64,000 nt of DNA from Vicinamibacteria bacterium (lineage in GTDB: Bacteria > Acidobacteriota > Vicinamibacteria > Vicinamibacterales > JAENWD01), in contig CAWBBN010000015.1 in assembly GCA_963787035.1 (NCBI GenBank), positions 430,306 to 494,305 on the forward strand, written 5' to 3'. The position numbers were made by a program, and so were the translations under genes. Shown here one piece after another: positions 41,537 to 51,545 of this stretch. The notes beneath the pieces were generated by a model. The model saw nothing but the letters and a program-made list of their open reading frames with translations, did not search any database and was not told the origin of the DNA. How positions within the stretch are numbered: the first letter of the stretch is position 1; every line of letters starts with the position of its first letter.

Positions 41537-43150
41537 ATGAGGCGGCGTGCGCTGGTGGTGACGTTCTTCGTCGCCATGGCGCTGATCAACACGTATCCGC
41601 TGATCCTGCACCCCGCCAGCACGATTGGTGAACACGGCGACGCGTATTTTTCGGTGTGGCGGCTCGCGTGGGTCGCGCACCAGTTGCGCGCCGATCCGTG
41701 GCATCTGTTCGACGCGAACATCTACTACCCGCATCACGACACGCTGGCGTACTCGGATGCGATGATCCTGCCCGGCGTTGCGCTGGCGCCTCTTCACTGG
41801 GTAGGGCTCGACGCCCTGCTGATCTACAACCTGACGTTGATTGCCGCGTTTGCCGCCAGCGGGGTTTGTGCGTACGTGCTGGTGCGCGAGCTGACGGGAT
41901 CGACGGCGGCAGGCATGCTCGGCGGGGTGCTGTTTGCGTTTTCGGCGCACCGGCTCGAGCACTTCAATCACCTGGAGCTCGAGTTCGCGTTCTGGATTCC
42001 GCTCGCAGTCCTCACCTGGCAGCGCGCCGTGACGAATGGGCGCGGCTACGTGAAGGTTGGCCTGTTGGTGGCCGCGCAGATCCTGTGCTGCATCTACCAC
42101 GGGGTGTTTCTGCTGACGTGGCTCGCCGTGGTCACCGCAGTGTGGTTCTTCCGGGCGCCCGTGCGCGGATTGCGCGCCGGAGCGGCGATGCTGCTGCCGC
42201 CGATGCTGGTGCTGGCGATCTACTCGGTCCCCTACATGCGCAGCCGTAGCGAGGTCGGCGACCGGCCGGTAGACGAGCTGTCGACCTACAGCGCGAAGCC
42301 CGGCGACTTCGTCGCCGCACCGGCCAGCAGCCTGCTCTATGGATGGACGGAACCGTTCGCCTCGAACGAGCGCCATCTCTTTCCCGGCTTCGTGGCGATC
42401 GTTCTGTTGATTGTCGGGCTCTGGCCGCCGTTCGACCGCGTGCGGATCGTCCACGCCGTCGGCCTGGCGCTCGCCGTCGACCTGACGCTCGGATTCAACG
42501 GCGGCCTCTATCGCCTGCTGTACGACTGGGTGCTGCCGTTCCGCGGCCTCCGGGTTCCCGCGCGTGCCGACATCCTCGTCCTGCTGGGGACCGCCGTGTT
42601 CGCCGGCTACGGGTTGACCCGGTTGATGACGGAGCTGACCCGTCCGGCCGTCCGGGCCGCGCTCGCCGCGGGCGCCATCGGCCTGGCGTCGGTCGAATGT
42701 CTCGCCCGTCCGGTGCTGGTGCCGGTCGAAACGGATTCGGCCGTGCTCTACTCCTGGCTCAAGGCATCGCCCGACGCGGTGCTCTTCGAATGGCCCGTCA
42801 CGGTTCCCTGGCGACTCTGGGACATGGTCGACGTGCGCTACATGTACCGCTCGACACTGCACTGGCGTCCGCTGCTGAACGGGTACAGCGGCTTCTATCC
42901 CTCGTCGTACTTGTCGCTGCTGAACCACATGCGCGGGTTCCCGGATACGGCGACGATCGCGGAGCTCCAGCGCCGCGGCGCCACGGTCCTCGTCGTGCAC
43001 GAAGTGCAGCATTCGCGGCCTTCGTACGTGGACGCGGTCGCGCGCCTGATGCGGGACCCAAGCGTGCGCGTGATTGCCGAGGAGAAGGAAGGCGACAGCC
43101 GCGTGGCCTTCTTCAAGCTGCTCCCGCCGCGCGCCGCGACCGTCAATTGA
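41537..43150 (+). CDS. Polytopic membrane protein with a C-terminal soluble domain (second GT-C-like / YfhO-like candidate)
   Basis: Probable start MRRRALVVTFFVAMALINTYPL. ~11 TM segments, then a ~150-aa soluble tail. Intact. Confidence 0.45.
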   Translation: MRRRALVVTFFVAMALINTYPLILHPASTIGEHGDAYFSVWRLAWVAHQLRADPWHLFDANIYYPHHDTLAYSDAMILPGVALAPLHWVGLDALLIYNLTLIAAFAASGVCAYVLVRELTGSTAAGMLGGVLFAFSAHRLEHFNHLELEFAFWIPLAVLTWQRAVTNGRGYVKVGLLVAAQILCCIYHGVFLLTWLAVVTAVWFFRAPVRGLRAGAAMLLPPMLVLAIYSVPYMRSRSEVGDRPVDELSTYSAKPGDFVAAPASSLLYGWTEPFASNERHLFPGFVAIVLLIVGLWPPFDRVRIVHAVGLALAVDLTLGFNGGLYRLLYDWVLPFRGLRVPARADILVLLGTAVFAGYGLTRLMTELTRPAVRAALAAGAIGLASVECLARPVLVPVETDSAVLYSWLKASPDAVLFEWPVTVPWRLWDMVDVRYMYRSTLHWRPLLNGYSGFYPSSYLSLLNHMRGFPDTATIAELQRRGATVLVVHEVQHSRPSYVDAVARLMRDPSVRVIAEEKEGDSRVAFFKLLPPRAATVN

Positions 43151-44270
43151 GCGTCTTTCGCGACCGGGCGACCGCCAGGCCGACGATCACCAGCCCCCAC
43201 GTCAGCAGCGCCGCAATCTGCGGCCACAGCACGCTCCAGCCGATCCCCTTCAGGAAGATCCCGCGCACGATGACGATGAAGTAGCGCAGCGGGATGAGAT
43301 ACGTGAACGGCTGAATCACCGCCGGCATGTTCTCGATCGGGAAGATGAATCCCGACAGGTACAGCATCGGCGTGAGGAAGAAGAACGTCCCGGTCATCAT
43401 CGCCTGCTGCTGCGTGTCCGAGATCGTCGAGATGAAGAGCCCCAATCCCAGCGTCGTCAACAGATAGATGCCGCTCGTGACGAAGAGCAGCACGGGACTG
43501 CCGAGCAGCGGAATCCGGAACCACAGGAGCGCGACGGCAATGACGAGGACGACGTCGACGATGCCAATGACCGCGTAAGGCAGCAGCTTGCCGACGATGA
43601 GCTGCCAGCGGGTGATCGGCGTGACGTTCAGCTGCTCGAGCGTGCCGAGCTCCTTCTCGCGAACCACCGCCATCGACGACAGGTTCGTCGTGATCACGAG
43701 CAGCAGCAGCGCGACGATGCCCGGGATCATGAAGTAGCGGCTCTCCAGCTCCGGGTTGAACCACACGCGGATGCGCGCGTCGATAGCGGTCGGCGGCGCG
43801 TCCTGCCCGGCCGCGAGCAGACGCTGCCTGGCCAGCTCCTGGTTGTAGGCGTTCACGAGCGACGCCGCGTAACCCATGGCGATCCCGGTGGAGCTCGAGT
43901 CGGTCCCATCCGCGATGATCTGCAGCGTCGCCGGTCGGCCGCCGTCAATGGCCTCGTGGTAGTCGGCGGGAATCGTCAGCGCCAGCCACGCCTTGCCGCG
44001 CTCGAGCCACGGCTCGACGTCGTTCACGTTGCCGACGGTTCCCGCGATGCTGAAGTACGGCGACGCGTCGAAGCGCGAAATCAGCTGGCGGCTCGCCGGT
44101 GAGCGATCCTGGTCCACGACGACCAGCGGAACATCTTTGACGTCGGTCGTCGCGGCATAGCCGAGCAGCGTCAGCTGGATGACCGGCGCGAGGAAGATGA
44201 TGCTGAAGAGGCGCGGATCCTGCCGCAGCTCGAGCAGCTCCTTCCACATCACGTACCAGAGCCGGCGCAT
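43143..44270 (-). CDS. ABC-2 type transporter permease (YbhR/YbhS-like)
   Basis: 375 aa, intact. N-terminal TM, large periplasmic loop, 5 C-terminal TMs. Confidence 0.85.
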   Translation of the reverse strand: MRRLWYVMWKELLELRQDPRLFSIIFLAPVIQLTLLGYAATTDVKDVPLVVVDQDRSPASRQLISRFDASPYFSIAGTVGNVNDVEPWLERGKAWLALTIPADYHEAIDGGRPATLQIIADGTDSSSTGIAMGYAASLVNAYNQELARQRLLAAGQDAPPTAIDARIRVWFNPELESRYFMIPGIVALLLLVITTNLSSMAVVREKELGTLEQLNVTPITRWQLIVGKLLPYAVIGIVDVVLVIAVALLWFRIPLLGSPVLLFVTSGIYLLTTLGLGLFISTISDTQQQAMMTGTFFFLTPMLYLSGFIFPIENMPAVIQPFTYLIPLRYFIVIVRGIFLKGIGWSVLWPQIAALLTWGLVIVGLAVARSRKTLN

Positions 44271-44271
44271 G

Positions 44272-45393
44272 TCAGGCCCACTCCTGCTTCAGCTTCCGCG
44301 CGGCCAGCAGCATGACCAGGGTGGCGAAGATGGCCAGCGCGCCGAGCTGCGGGGCAATCACGGCGAACCCGACGCCTTTCAGGAGCACGCCGCGAAGCGC
44401 AACGAGGAAGTACCGCGCCGGGACGATGTACGTGATCACCTGAAGCGCGATCGGCATGCTGGAGATCGGATAGATGAAGCCCGAGAGCATGATCGTCGGC
44501 AGGAACGACGACAGCAGCGCCATCTGGAAGGCGACCTGCTGGCTCTCGGCAATCGCCGAGATGAGCAGGCCCATCCCGAGCGCGCCGGAAAGGAACAACC
44601 CGAGCGATAGCAGCAGCAGCCCGACCGATCCGCGAACGGGGAGATCGAACAGCACCATCGACGCGACGATCACGGCGATGGCCGCGACGAACGAGATCAC
44701 GAAATACGGCAGGCTCTTGCCGACGATGAAGGGCAGCGTGCCGATCGGCGCCATGCGCACCTGCTCGACGGTGCCGCGCTCCTTCTCGCGCACAACCGCC
44801 AGGGCCGTCGAGACGACCGCGGTGATCATCGCGATGTAGGCGAGAAGACCTGGCACCAGGAACAGCGTGCTCTTGAGGTCCGGGTTGTACCAGACCCGCG
44901 GCTCGAGCTGGACCACCGTCATGCCGCCCGGCATCCGCACCCGCCAGCGCATCTCGTACCGCGCCGATTCGCTGGCGATGATCGTCTGCGCGTAGCCGAG
45001 AACTGTCGCAGCCGTCGTCGAGTTCTCCCCGTTGATGAGCACCTCGACGGACGTCGGAACGCCGCGGGCGAGGTCGCGGCCGAGGCCCTGCGGGATGATC
45101 AGGGCGGCGCGGATCGCGTCCCGATCCATGAGGTCGTTCACCTCGGCGTCGGCAGTCACGGAAGCGACCTGGTCGAAGTACGTCGAATTCACGAACGCCG
45201 ACACGAGGCGCCGGCTCTCCGGCGTGTAGTCGCGGTCTTCGACGGCCAGCCGTACGTGCTTGATGTCGAAGTTCAGCGCGTAGCCGTAAAGCAGCAGGAA
45301 GAACACCGGGATGAACAGCAGAATCATCAGCGTCCGCCTGTCGCGGCGAATCTGACGGAACTCCTTGATCCCGACGGCCAGCGCCTTCCTCAT
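44272..45393 (-). CDS. ABC-2 type transporter permease (paralog)
   Basis: 373 aa, intact. Same architecture as the previous gene. Confidence 0.85.
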   Translation of the reverse strand: MRKALAVGIKEFRQIRRDRRTLMILLFIPVFFLLLYGYALNFDIKHVRLAVEDRDYTPESRRLVSAFVNSTYFDQVASVTADAEVNDLMDRDAIRAALIIPQGLGRDLARGVPTSVEVLINGENSTTAATVLGYAQTIIASESARYEMRWRVRMPGGMTVVQLEPRVWYNPDLKSTLFLVPGLLAYIAMITAVVSTALAVVREKERGTVEQVRMAPIGTLPFIVGKSLPYFVISFVAAIAVIVASMVLFDLPVRGSVGLLLLSLGLFLSGALGMGLLISAIAESQQVAFQMALLSSFLPTIMLSGFIYPISSMPIALQVITYIVPARYFLVALRGVLLKGVGFAVIAPQLGALAIFATLVMLLAARKLKQEWA

Positions 45394-46322
45394 GACGCCG
45401 TCCTTTCCACGACGTCCAGGAAGACGTCCTCGAGCGACGGCTCGACCTGCTCGGCGTGCGTGACGTTGACGCCCCTGGCCTCGAGCTCTGCCTTCAGCGC
45501 CTCCGGCGTCAGCCCTCGTCGCCGCGCGACGGCGTGCACGGCGGTTCCGAAGAGGCTCGTCTTCTCGATGTCGGGCATCCCATCCAGCACTCGCATCGCG
45601 TCCACGGCGTTCGGGGCCTGGATCTCGACGATGGGCCGCTCGGCGAAGACGCCTTTCAGCTCCGTCGTCGTGCCAATCGCGGCGAGCTTGCCCACGTTCA
45701 TCACGGCAATCCGGTGGCAGTGCTCGGCCTCGTCCAGGTAGTGCGTGGTCACCAGCACCGTCGTGCCCGATTGCGAGAGCTGGTCGATCAGACGCCAGAA
45801 CTGGCGGCGTGACACCGGATCGACGCCGCCGGTCGGCTCGTCGAGGAACACGATCGGCGGCTGGTGAAGAATCGCGCAGCCCAGCGCGAGGCGCTGGCGC
45901 CAGCCGCCGGCCAGGTCGCGGGTGAGCGTCGACTCGCGGCCGACGAGCCCGGCCATGTCGAGCGCGAAGCGGCGGCGTTCCTCGAAGCGCGCGCCCTCGA
46001 GGCCGTAGATGCCGCCGAAGAAGCGGATGTTCTGATCGACCGTCAGCGCCTCGTAGAGCGAGAACTTCTGCGACATGTAGCCGATGCGCAGCTTCACGGC
46101 CTCGGGATCCTTGGAGACGTCGATCCCGCCGACGATCGCGGTGCCGCTCGTCGGGCGCAGCAGGCCGCAGAGCATGCGGATCGTCGTCGACTTGCCGGCG
46201 CCGTTGGCGCCGAGGAAGCCGAAGATCTCGCCCTGCCGCACGTCGAAGCTCACGTCGTCGACGGCGACGAAGTCGCCGAAGCGGCGGGAGAGGTGTTCGA
46301 CGATGATTGCGGCGTTCGCCAT
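45390..46322 (-). CDS. ABC transporter ATP-binding protein
   Basis: GANGAGKST, LSGGWRQRLALGCAI, VFLDEPTGGVD. Confidence 0.9.
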   Translation of the reverse strand: MANAAIIVEHLSRRFGDFVAVDDVSFDVRQGEIFGFLGANGAGKSTTIRMLCGLLRPTSGTAIVGGIDVSKDPEAVKLRIGYMSQKFSLYEALTVDQNIRFFGGIYGLEGARFEERRRFALDMAGLVGRESTLTRDLAGGWRQRLALGCAILHQPPIVFLDEPTGGVDPVSRRQFWRLIDQLSQSGTTVLVTTHYLDEAEHCHRIAVMNVGKLAAIGTTTELKGVFAERPIVEIQAPNAVDAMRVLDGMPDIEKTSLFGTAVHAVARRRGLTPEALKAELEARGVNVTHAEQVEPSLEDVFLDVVERTAS

Positions 46323-46419
46323 GGTTCTCGTGCTTCCGAATGCCGGGGCTGAAGCCCCGGCCTACTGTTCTCGCGATGCCTACGATGTGTAGCGCAGGCC
46401 TTCAGGCCTGCCTGGATCT

Positions 46420-47777
46420 CGCGCCCTACTGTCCCAGACGCGCGGGCCAGGCGCGCTTCGGCGAGTTTCACGTTGGCCAATGCGCGCGTGCGCACGAGCT
46501 CGGCTTCGAGCTGATCCTGCTGAGCGTCGAGCAGGTCCGAGCTCGTCGCCACACCGGCTCCGAATCGCTCCTGCACGACACGACGCGCCTCGGTCGCGCT
46601 GGTGACGGCATCCGCGGCCGGCTTCACCGCGGCGATGGCCGACGCGAGATCGAGCTGACGCTGCCGCACTTCGAGCGCGATCTGCGTGTCGAGCTCGGCG
46701 AGCCGCTCGCGGACCGCGGTCGAGAGGCTGCGCGCCTCGGCCACTTCGGCCGAGGTGCGTCCGCCGTTGAACAGCGTCCAGCCGACGTTGAAGCCAAGCT
46801 GCAACGACGGCTTCCACGCGTCCTGCCGCGGGAAGATGTTGGGGTTCGGGCGTGCGTAGTCGTAGCCGGCAGCCACGGCGACCTGCGGCCTGGATCCGGC
46901 CCGCGCAGCGTCAATCCGCTCGTCGGCGGCCTGCGTCCTGAAGAGCAGCGCCTGCCGATCGGCGCGTCCTGATTTCGCCTGTTCCGCCAGCGCCCGGGTC
47001 GTCGTCGACGCGGGTTCGCCGGCCGGCACGTCCAGCGTCGCATCGGGATCGAACGTCGCGTCGATGGGGGCGCCGATGAGCCGCGCCAGCGTCGCCCTCG
47101 CGCCGTCGCGCTGGTTCTCGGCGTCGATGAGCAGGCTGTGCTCTCGGGCGACACGAGTCTCGACCGTGAGCACGTCGTTTGGCGGGAGAAACCCGGCGTC
47201 AAAGCGCGCCTTCACGTCGTGCAGCTGCCCTTCGACCCGCGTGACCGATTCGCTGACGACACGCACGGATTCGGTGGCCGTCACGAGCGCCCAGAAGGCG
47301 CGCGTGGTTTCGAGCGTGAGATCCGAGCGCGCCGCAGTCAGATCCTTGCCGCTCGCCTGACGCTCCGCGTCGGCGGCCTTCTCGAGCGCCTGGGCGCGTC
47401 CGCCGGTGTAGATGGGCCACTGCATGTCGAGCCGCGTGCGCCAGTTGTCGGGGACGTCCGGGTAGATGACCCGAAAGAGCCCATCCGTCGCCGGTGAACC
47501 CGAACACCGACACGTGATTGGTCCGGGTGTACCCGCCCTCGGCAGTGAGCACCGGCATGTCGGCCGCCTGGCTCTGCGCATGGACGGCTTCGCTCGCCTG
47601 CTCGCGCGCTTTCAGCTCTCCGAGCACGTGACTGGTCTCGGTGGCGCGCGCCAGCGCTTCGGCAAGCGTGAGCCGTTGAGGCGCCGGGCGATCGAGCACC
47701 GCCTGCGGCGCCTGCGCCGCGAGCGGCGAGACGCCGACGAGCGCGGCGAGGAGTGTCGTGGTGATGGCAACGCGCAT
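46420..47777 (-). CDS. TolC-family outer-membrane efflux protein; frameshift near 47500; 3' end uncertain
   Basis: Signal MRVAITTTLLAALVGVSPLAAQA. Two TolC repeats (…LTLAEALARA…, …QLDLASAIAAVK…) in ORFs 47199-47777 and 46250-47581. Confidence 0.65.
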
Positions 47778-47782
47778 GGGCC

Positions 47783-48718
47783 TTACCGTCCTTGATCCGC
47801 GGCCTCGAGCCGCGCGATGAACACGTCCTCGAGCGACGCCGGCACAACCCGCCCGCCGTGCACCGACAGCCCACGCTCGGCAACGGGACGCGTGACGAGC
47901 TCCACGGGATCACCGGACGCTCCGGGCCCGAGCCGCACGTGCACGCGCTCGCCGAAGACGTGGACGTCGACGACGTTGGGCAGCGTCGACAGGATCGGGA
48001 CGACGCGAGCCTGATCGCCCGTGATGATTTCGACCATCGTCCCGGGCAGCTGCCGGCGCAGATTGTCCGGCGTGTCGAGGGCGATGACTTCGCCTTCGTG
48101 CAGCAGCGCGATCCGGTGGCAACGCTCGGCTTCGTCCAGGTACGGCGTGCTGACGAGAATCGTGATGCCCTGCTGCAGGAACTCCGCGAGGAGCTTCCAG
48201 AACTCGCGGCGCGACACCGGATCGACGCCCGTCGTCGGCTCGTCGAGCAGGATGACGCGCGGCTCGTGGATCAGCGTGCACGCGAGCGCCAGCTTCTGCT
48301 TCATGCCCCCCGACAGCCGGTCCGCAAGCCGGGACCGGAACTTCACGAGCTGCGTCAGCTCGAGCAGCCGCGTGCGGCGGTCGTCGTACTTCGAGAGGCC
48401 GTGGATCTCGGCAAAGAACGCGATGTTCTCGTCGATGCTCAGATCGCCGTAGAGGCTGAACCGCTGCGAGAGGTAGCCGACCGACTCGGTCACCTGCCGG
48501 TGCTGGGCGACTGGATCCAGGCCGAGCACCTTCACGCTGCCGCCATCGGGATGCAGCAGCCCGCAGAGCAGCCGGATCGTCGTCGTCTTGCCGGCGCCGT
48601 CGGGGCCGATGAGGCCGAACATCTCGCCCGGCTGGACGTCGAACGACACGCCGCGAAGCGCGTTGACCGCGCCGTAGCGCTTCACGACGTTGACGAGTGA
48701 GAGTGCTGGTTCAGCCAT
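47783..48718 (-). CDS. ABC transporter ATP-binding protein (second)
   Basis: GPDGAGKTT, LSGGMKQKLALACTL, ILLDEPTTGVD. Intact. Confidence 0.9.
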   Translation of the reverse strand: MAEPALSLVNVVKRYGAVNALRGVSFDVQPGEMFGLIGPDGAGKTTTIRLLCGLLHPDGGSVKVLGLDPVAQHRQVTESVGYLSQRFSLYGDLSIDENIAFFAEIHGLSKYDDRRTRLLELTQLVKFRSRLADRLSGGMKQKLALACTLIHEPRVILLDEPTTGVDPVSRREFWKLLAEFLQQGITILVSTPYLDEAERCHRIALLHEGEVIALDTPDNLRRQLPGTMVEIITGDQARVVPILSTLPNVVDVHVFGERVHVRLGPGASGDPVELVTRPVAERGLSVHGGRVVPASLEDVFIARLEAADQGR

Positions 48719-48793
48719 CTGTCTTTCCTGCCCGAGCGAAGCGAGGGCCCCGCCGGCCGAAGGCCGGCCCCGCCGCGAGCGAAGCGAGCGGCC

Positions 48794-49838
48794 CTACTTG
48801 AGTGGCAACTCCGCTTCCACCGGCATCCCCGGCTTCAGCACGCCGTTCCTGTTGTCCGCGCTCACCTTGATCCGGTACACGAGCTTCGATCGCTCCTCCG
48901 CCGTCTGCACGTTCCTCGGCGTGAACTCCGCGCGCGGTGAGATGTAGGTGACCTTGCCCTGAATGCCGGCGCCACCCGCATCGGTGTAGAGCGTGGCCGA
49001 CTGTCCCAGGGTCAGCCGCGGCACCGTCGGCTCATCCACGAACACTTCGCCCCACGCGTCGTCCAGGTCGGTGACGACGACGAGCGGCGAGCGCGGCGCG
49101 ACGAGCTCGCCTTCGTTCACCAGCTTTTCGGTGACGATCCCGCCGACCGGCGACGTGACGGTGGCATCGTGCTGCGCCTTCTGCAGCGTCGCGATCTGCG
49201 CGTCCACGGCGGCGAGCCGCGCTTTCGCGGCGTCGATCTCTTCGCGGCGCGCGCCGGCGCGAACGCGAGCGGCCGTTTCCCTGGCGCTGCGCGCGCGCTC
49301 TTTCGCGGCGTTCACATGCTGCTCGGCGACGTCGCGGCGCGCCTTGGCGTCGTCACGGGCTTTCTGGGAGCCCGCATTGGCGCGCAGCAGCGACTCGTAG
49401 CGTTCGAGATCGGTCTGCGCGTTGGCAGAGATCCGCGGTCGCGGCGGCGACATCGGCGTCCGAGGCCTGAGCCTGGGCGTCGGCCTGACGGATGTCCTCC
49501 GGACGCGACCCGGCGAGGAGAAGCCGCACCTGGGCGTCGGCCTGGGCGCGATCGGCCTGGGCGCGCTGCAGTGAGAGCTCGGTGTCGCGCGTGTCGAGCT
49601 GCGCGACGAGATCGCCCTTGTTGACGCGGTCCCCCTCCTTCACCTTCAGCTCGAGGATGCGTCCGCCCACTTCCGGGGCGACCTGCACGTCGTCTGCCTC
49701 GACGTGACCTGAGACGCGCGTGCGGTCCGTCGGTCCAGCCTTGCGGCAGCTCGTCAACGCGAGCGACGACGCGACCGCGAGCGGCAGCACGAGGGCGAGG
49801 ACCGCGCGGGCCGGGCGGTCAGCGGTGCGAATGAGCAT
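48794..49838 (-). CDS. HlyD-family membrane-fusion protein; frameshift near 49420
   Basis: Signal/TM, then …VSGHVEADDVQVAPEVGGRILELKVKEGDRV…, a coiled coil, and …VTSPVGGIVTEKLVNEGELV…GMPVEAELPLK. Confidence 0.75.
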
Positions 49839-50466
49839 GTTCGGGGTCCTTGCGCAGGGAGCGAAGCGCGAATTCGCGCAGGTGACGCACGAAGGGCGCG
49901 ATCTCGAGCGGCGGCTGTGCGAAGCCGAGTTGACGGATGCGCCTGCGGATCGGCGCGTTGGTCGTGAAGATCATCGTCGAGCCGAGCAGCACGAAGTGCA
50001 GCGCGATCGGATCGACCTCGACGAACGTGCCCTCGCTGGTGCCCTGGCGCACGATGCGCAGCACGAGCGGGAGGATGCTCGTGAGATCGCGGAGGGTCTC
50101 GTTGTCGAGATGGATGCCGCCGTCGGCGAGCTCGCGCAGCATGATGCGCGGCAGCATCGGCTGTTCGGAGAAGTGGGCCGCGAGCCCGTCGATCCAGGCG
50201 CCGAGCTTCTCCTCGGCGGAACCGGGGCCTTCGACCACGGCGTGCATGCGGGCGGCGAACTCGGCGACGCCCTGGCGCACGACCTCGCGGTACAGCCCGA
50301 GCTTGCTGCCGAAGTAGTAGTAGATGAGGGCTTTGTTGACGCGCGCCCGGCGAGCCAGGGTCTCGACGCGGGCGGCGGCGAAGCCGCGCGTGGCGAACTC
50401 CTCGCGGGCTATTCGCAGGATGGTCTCGCGGGGGTCCGCGCCGGCGCGCCGGGGGCGTCTGGCCAC
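49819..50466 (-). CDS. TetR/AcrR-family transcriptional regulator
   Basis: …ILRIAREEFATRGFAAARVETLARRARVNKALIYYYFGSK… HTH. Intact. Confidence 0.85.
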   Translation of the reverse strand: MARRPRRAGADPRETILRIAREEFATRGFAAARVETLARRARVNKALIYYYFGSKLGLYREVVRQGVAEFAARMHAVVEGPGSAEEKLGAWIDGLAAHFSEQPMLPRIMLRELADGGIHLDNETLRDLTSILPLVLRIVRQGTSEGTFVEVDPIALHFVLLGSTMIFTTNAPIRRRIRQLGFAQPPLEIAPFVRHLREFALRSLRKDPEHAHSHR

Positions 50467-50492
50467 TTAATTAACCAACCGTTTAGTTAAAA
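50466..50492. promoter_or_regulatory. AT-rich imperfect inverted repeat TTAACCAACCGTTTAGTTAA upstream of tetR (candidate TetR operator)
   Basis: Half-sites TTAACCAACC and TTAACTAAAC(rc) match 8/10. It is the only AT-rich tract in the divergent region. Confidence 0.35.
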
Positions 50493-50523
50493 TACAGGAC
50501 GCGGCTCCGGACATGTCAAGACA

Positions 50524-50625
50524 GGTTCCGGGGTTCCTGGGTTCCCGGTTCCTGGGTTCCCGGCTCCGGGTTCTGCACCCTGCACCCTGCACCCTGCCCC
50601 TTGCACCCTGCACCCTGCACAGAGC
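50524..50625. repeat. Tandem arrays (GGGTTCC)n followed by (CACCCTG)n
   Basis: GGTTCCGGGGTTCCTGGGTTCCCGGTTCCTGGGTTCCCGG… then CACCCTGCACCCTGCACCCTGCCCCTTGCACCCTGCACCCTGCACAGAGCACCCTG. Confidence 0.6.
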
Positions 50626-50635
50626 ACCCTGACGC

Positions 50636-51541
50636 ATGCGCATCGTCCTTGCCGGCGCCACGGGGTTCCTCGGCGGCTTGCTCCGGCAGCGGCTCGGCAC
50701 GACGCACGAGCTCGTGCTGCTGACGCGGCGGCCGCGCGGCACGAGCGGCGTGACGGAGGTGGCGTGGCACCCCGACGGCACCGCGGGGCCCTGGGCGCAC
50801 GCGATCGACGGCGCCGACGCCGTCGTCAACCTCGCCGGCGAGCCGCTCGTCGGCCAGCGCTGGTCGCCGTCGCGCAAGGCGGCGCTCGTCGCGAGCCGAA
50901 TCGAGCCAACGCGAAGCCTCGTCGCCGCCATCGATCAGGCCTCAGCGCGTCCACGCGTGCTGATTTCAGCGTCCGCGGTGGGCTACTACGGGCCGCATGG
51001 CGACGAGGTGCTGACCGAGGACACGCCTGCCGGCCATGATTTCCTCGCGTCGCTCTGCGTGGAGTGGGAGAACGCCGCGCTTGCCGCCGAAGCGCTCGGC
51101 ACGCGCGTGGTCACGATCAGGACGGGGCTCGTGCTGTCGGAGAAGGGAGGCGCGCTGAAGCCGATGCTGCTGCCGTTCAGGCTCGGGCTTGGCGGGCCGA
51201 TCGGATCCGGCAGCGCAGGTACTGGCCGTGGATTCACGCCGACGACTGGTCCGCCATCGTCGAGTTCCTGCTCGATCAGCCGACAGTGTCCGGCGCGGTG
51301 AATCTGACAGCGCCAACCCCCGTGACGAACGCGGCGTTCGCGAAGACCCTCGGCGCGCGTGCTGCGCCGGCCGGCGATCCTCCCGGCGCCGCGGTTCGCG
51401 CTTCGGGCGCTGCTGGGCGAAGTTGCCGACGCGCTGCTCCTGAGCGGACAGCGCGCGGAGCCCAGGCGCGCGATCGCGCTCGGCTACCGGTTCGCGTACG
51501 AGGATCTCGAGACCGCGCTCCGTCAGATCCTGCGCGGTTGA
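50636..51541 (+). CDS. TIGR01777/YfcH-family NAD-dependent epimerase (SDR + DUF1731); two frame switches
   Basis: MRIVLAGATGFLGG…. …QQYWPWIHADDW… and …LGYRFAYEDLETALRQIL sit in other frames. Confidence 0.7.
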
Positions 51542-51545
51542 GGGG

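Noticed and set aside
50524-50625. CRISPR array
   Set aside because: The repeats are 6-8-mers in direct tandem without unique spacers of 25-40 bp. No cas genes are present anywhere in the window.
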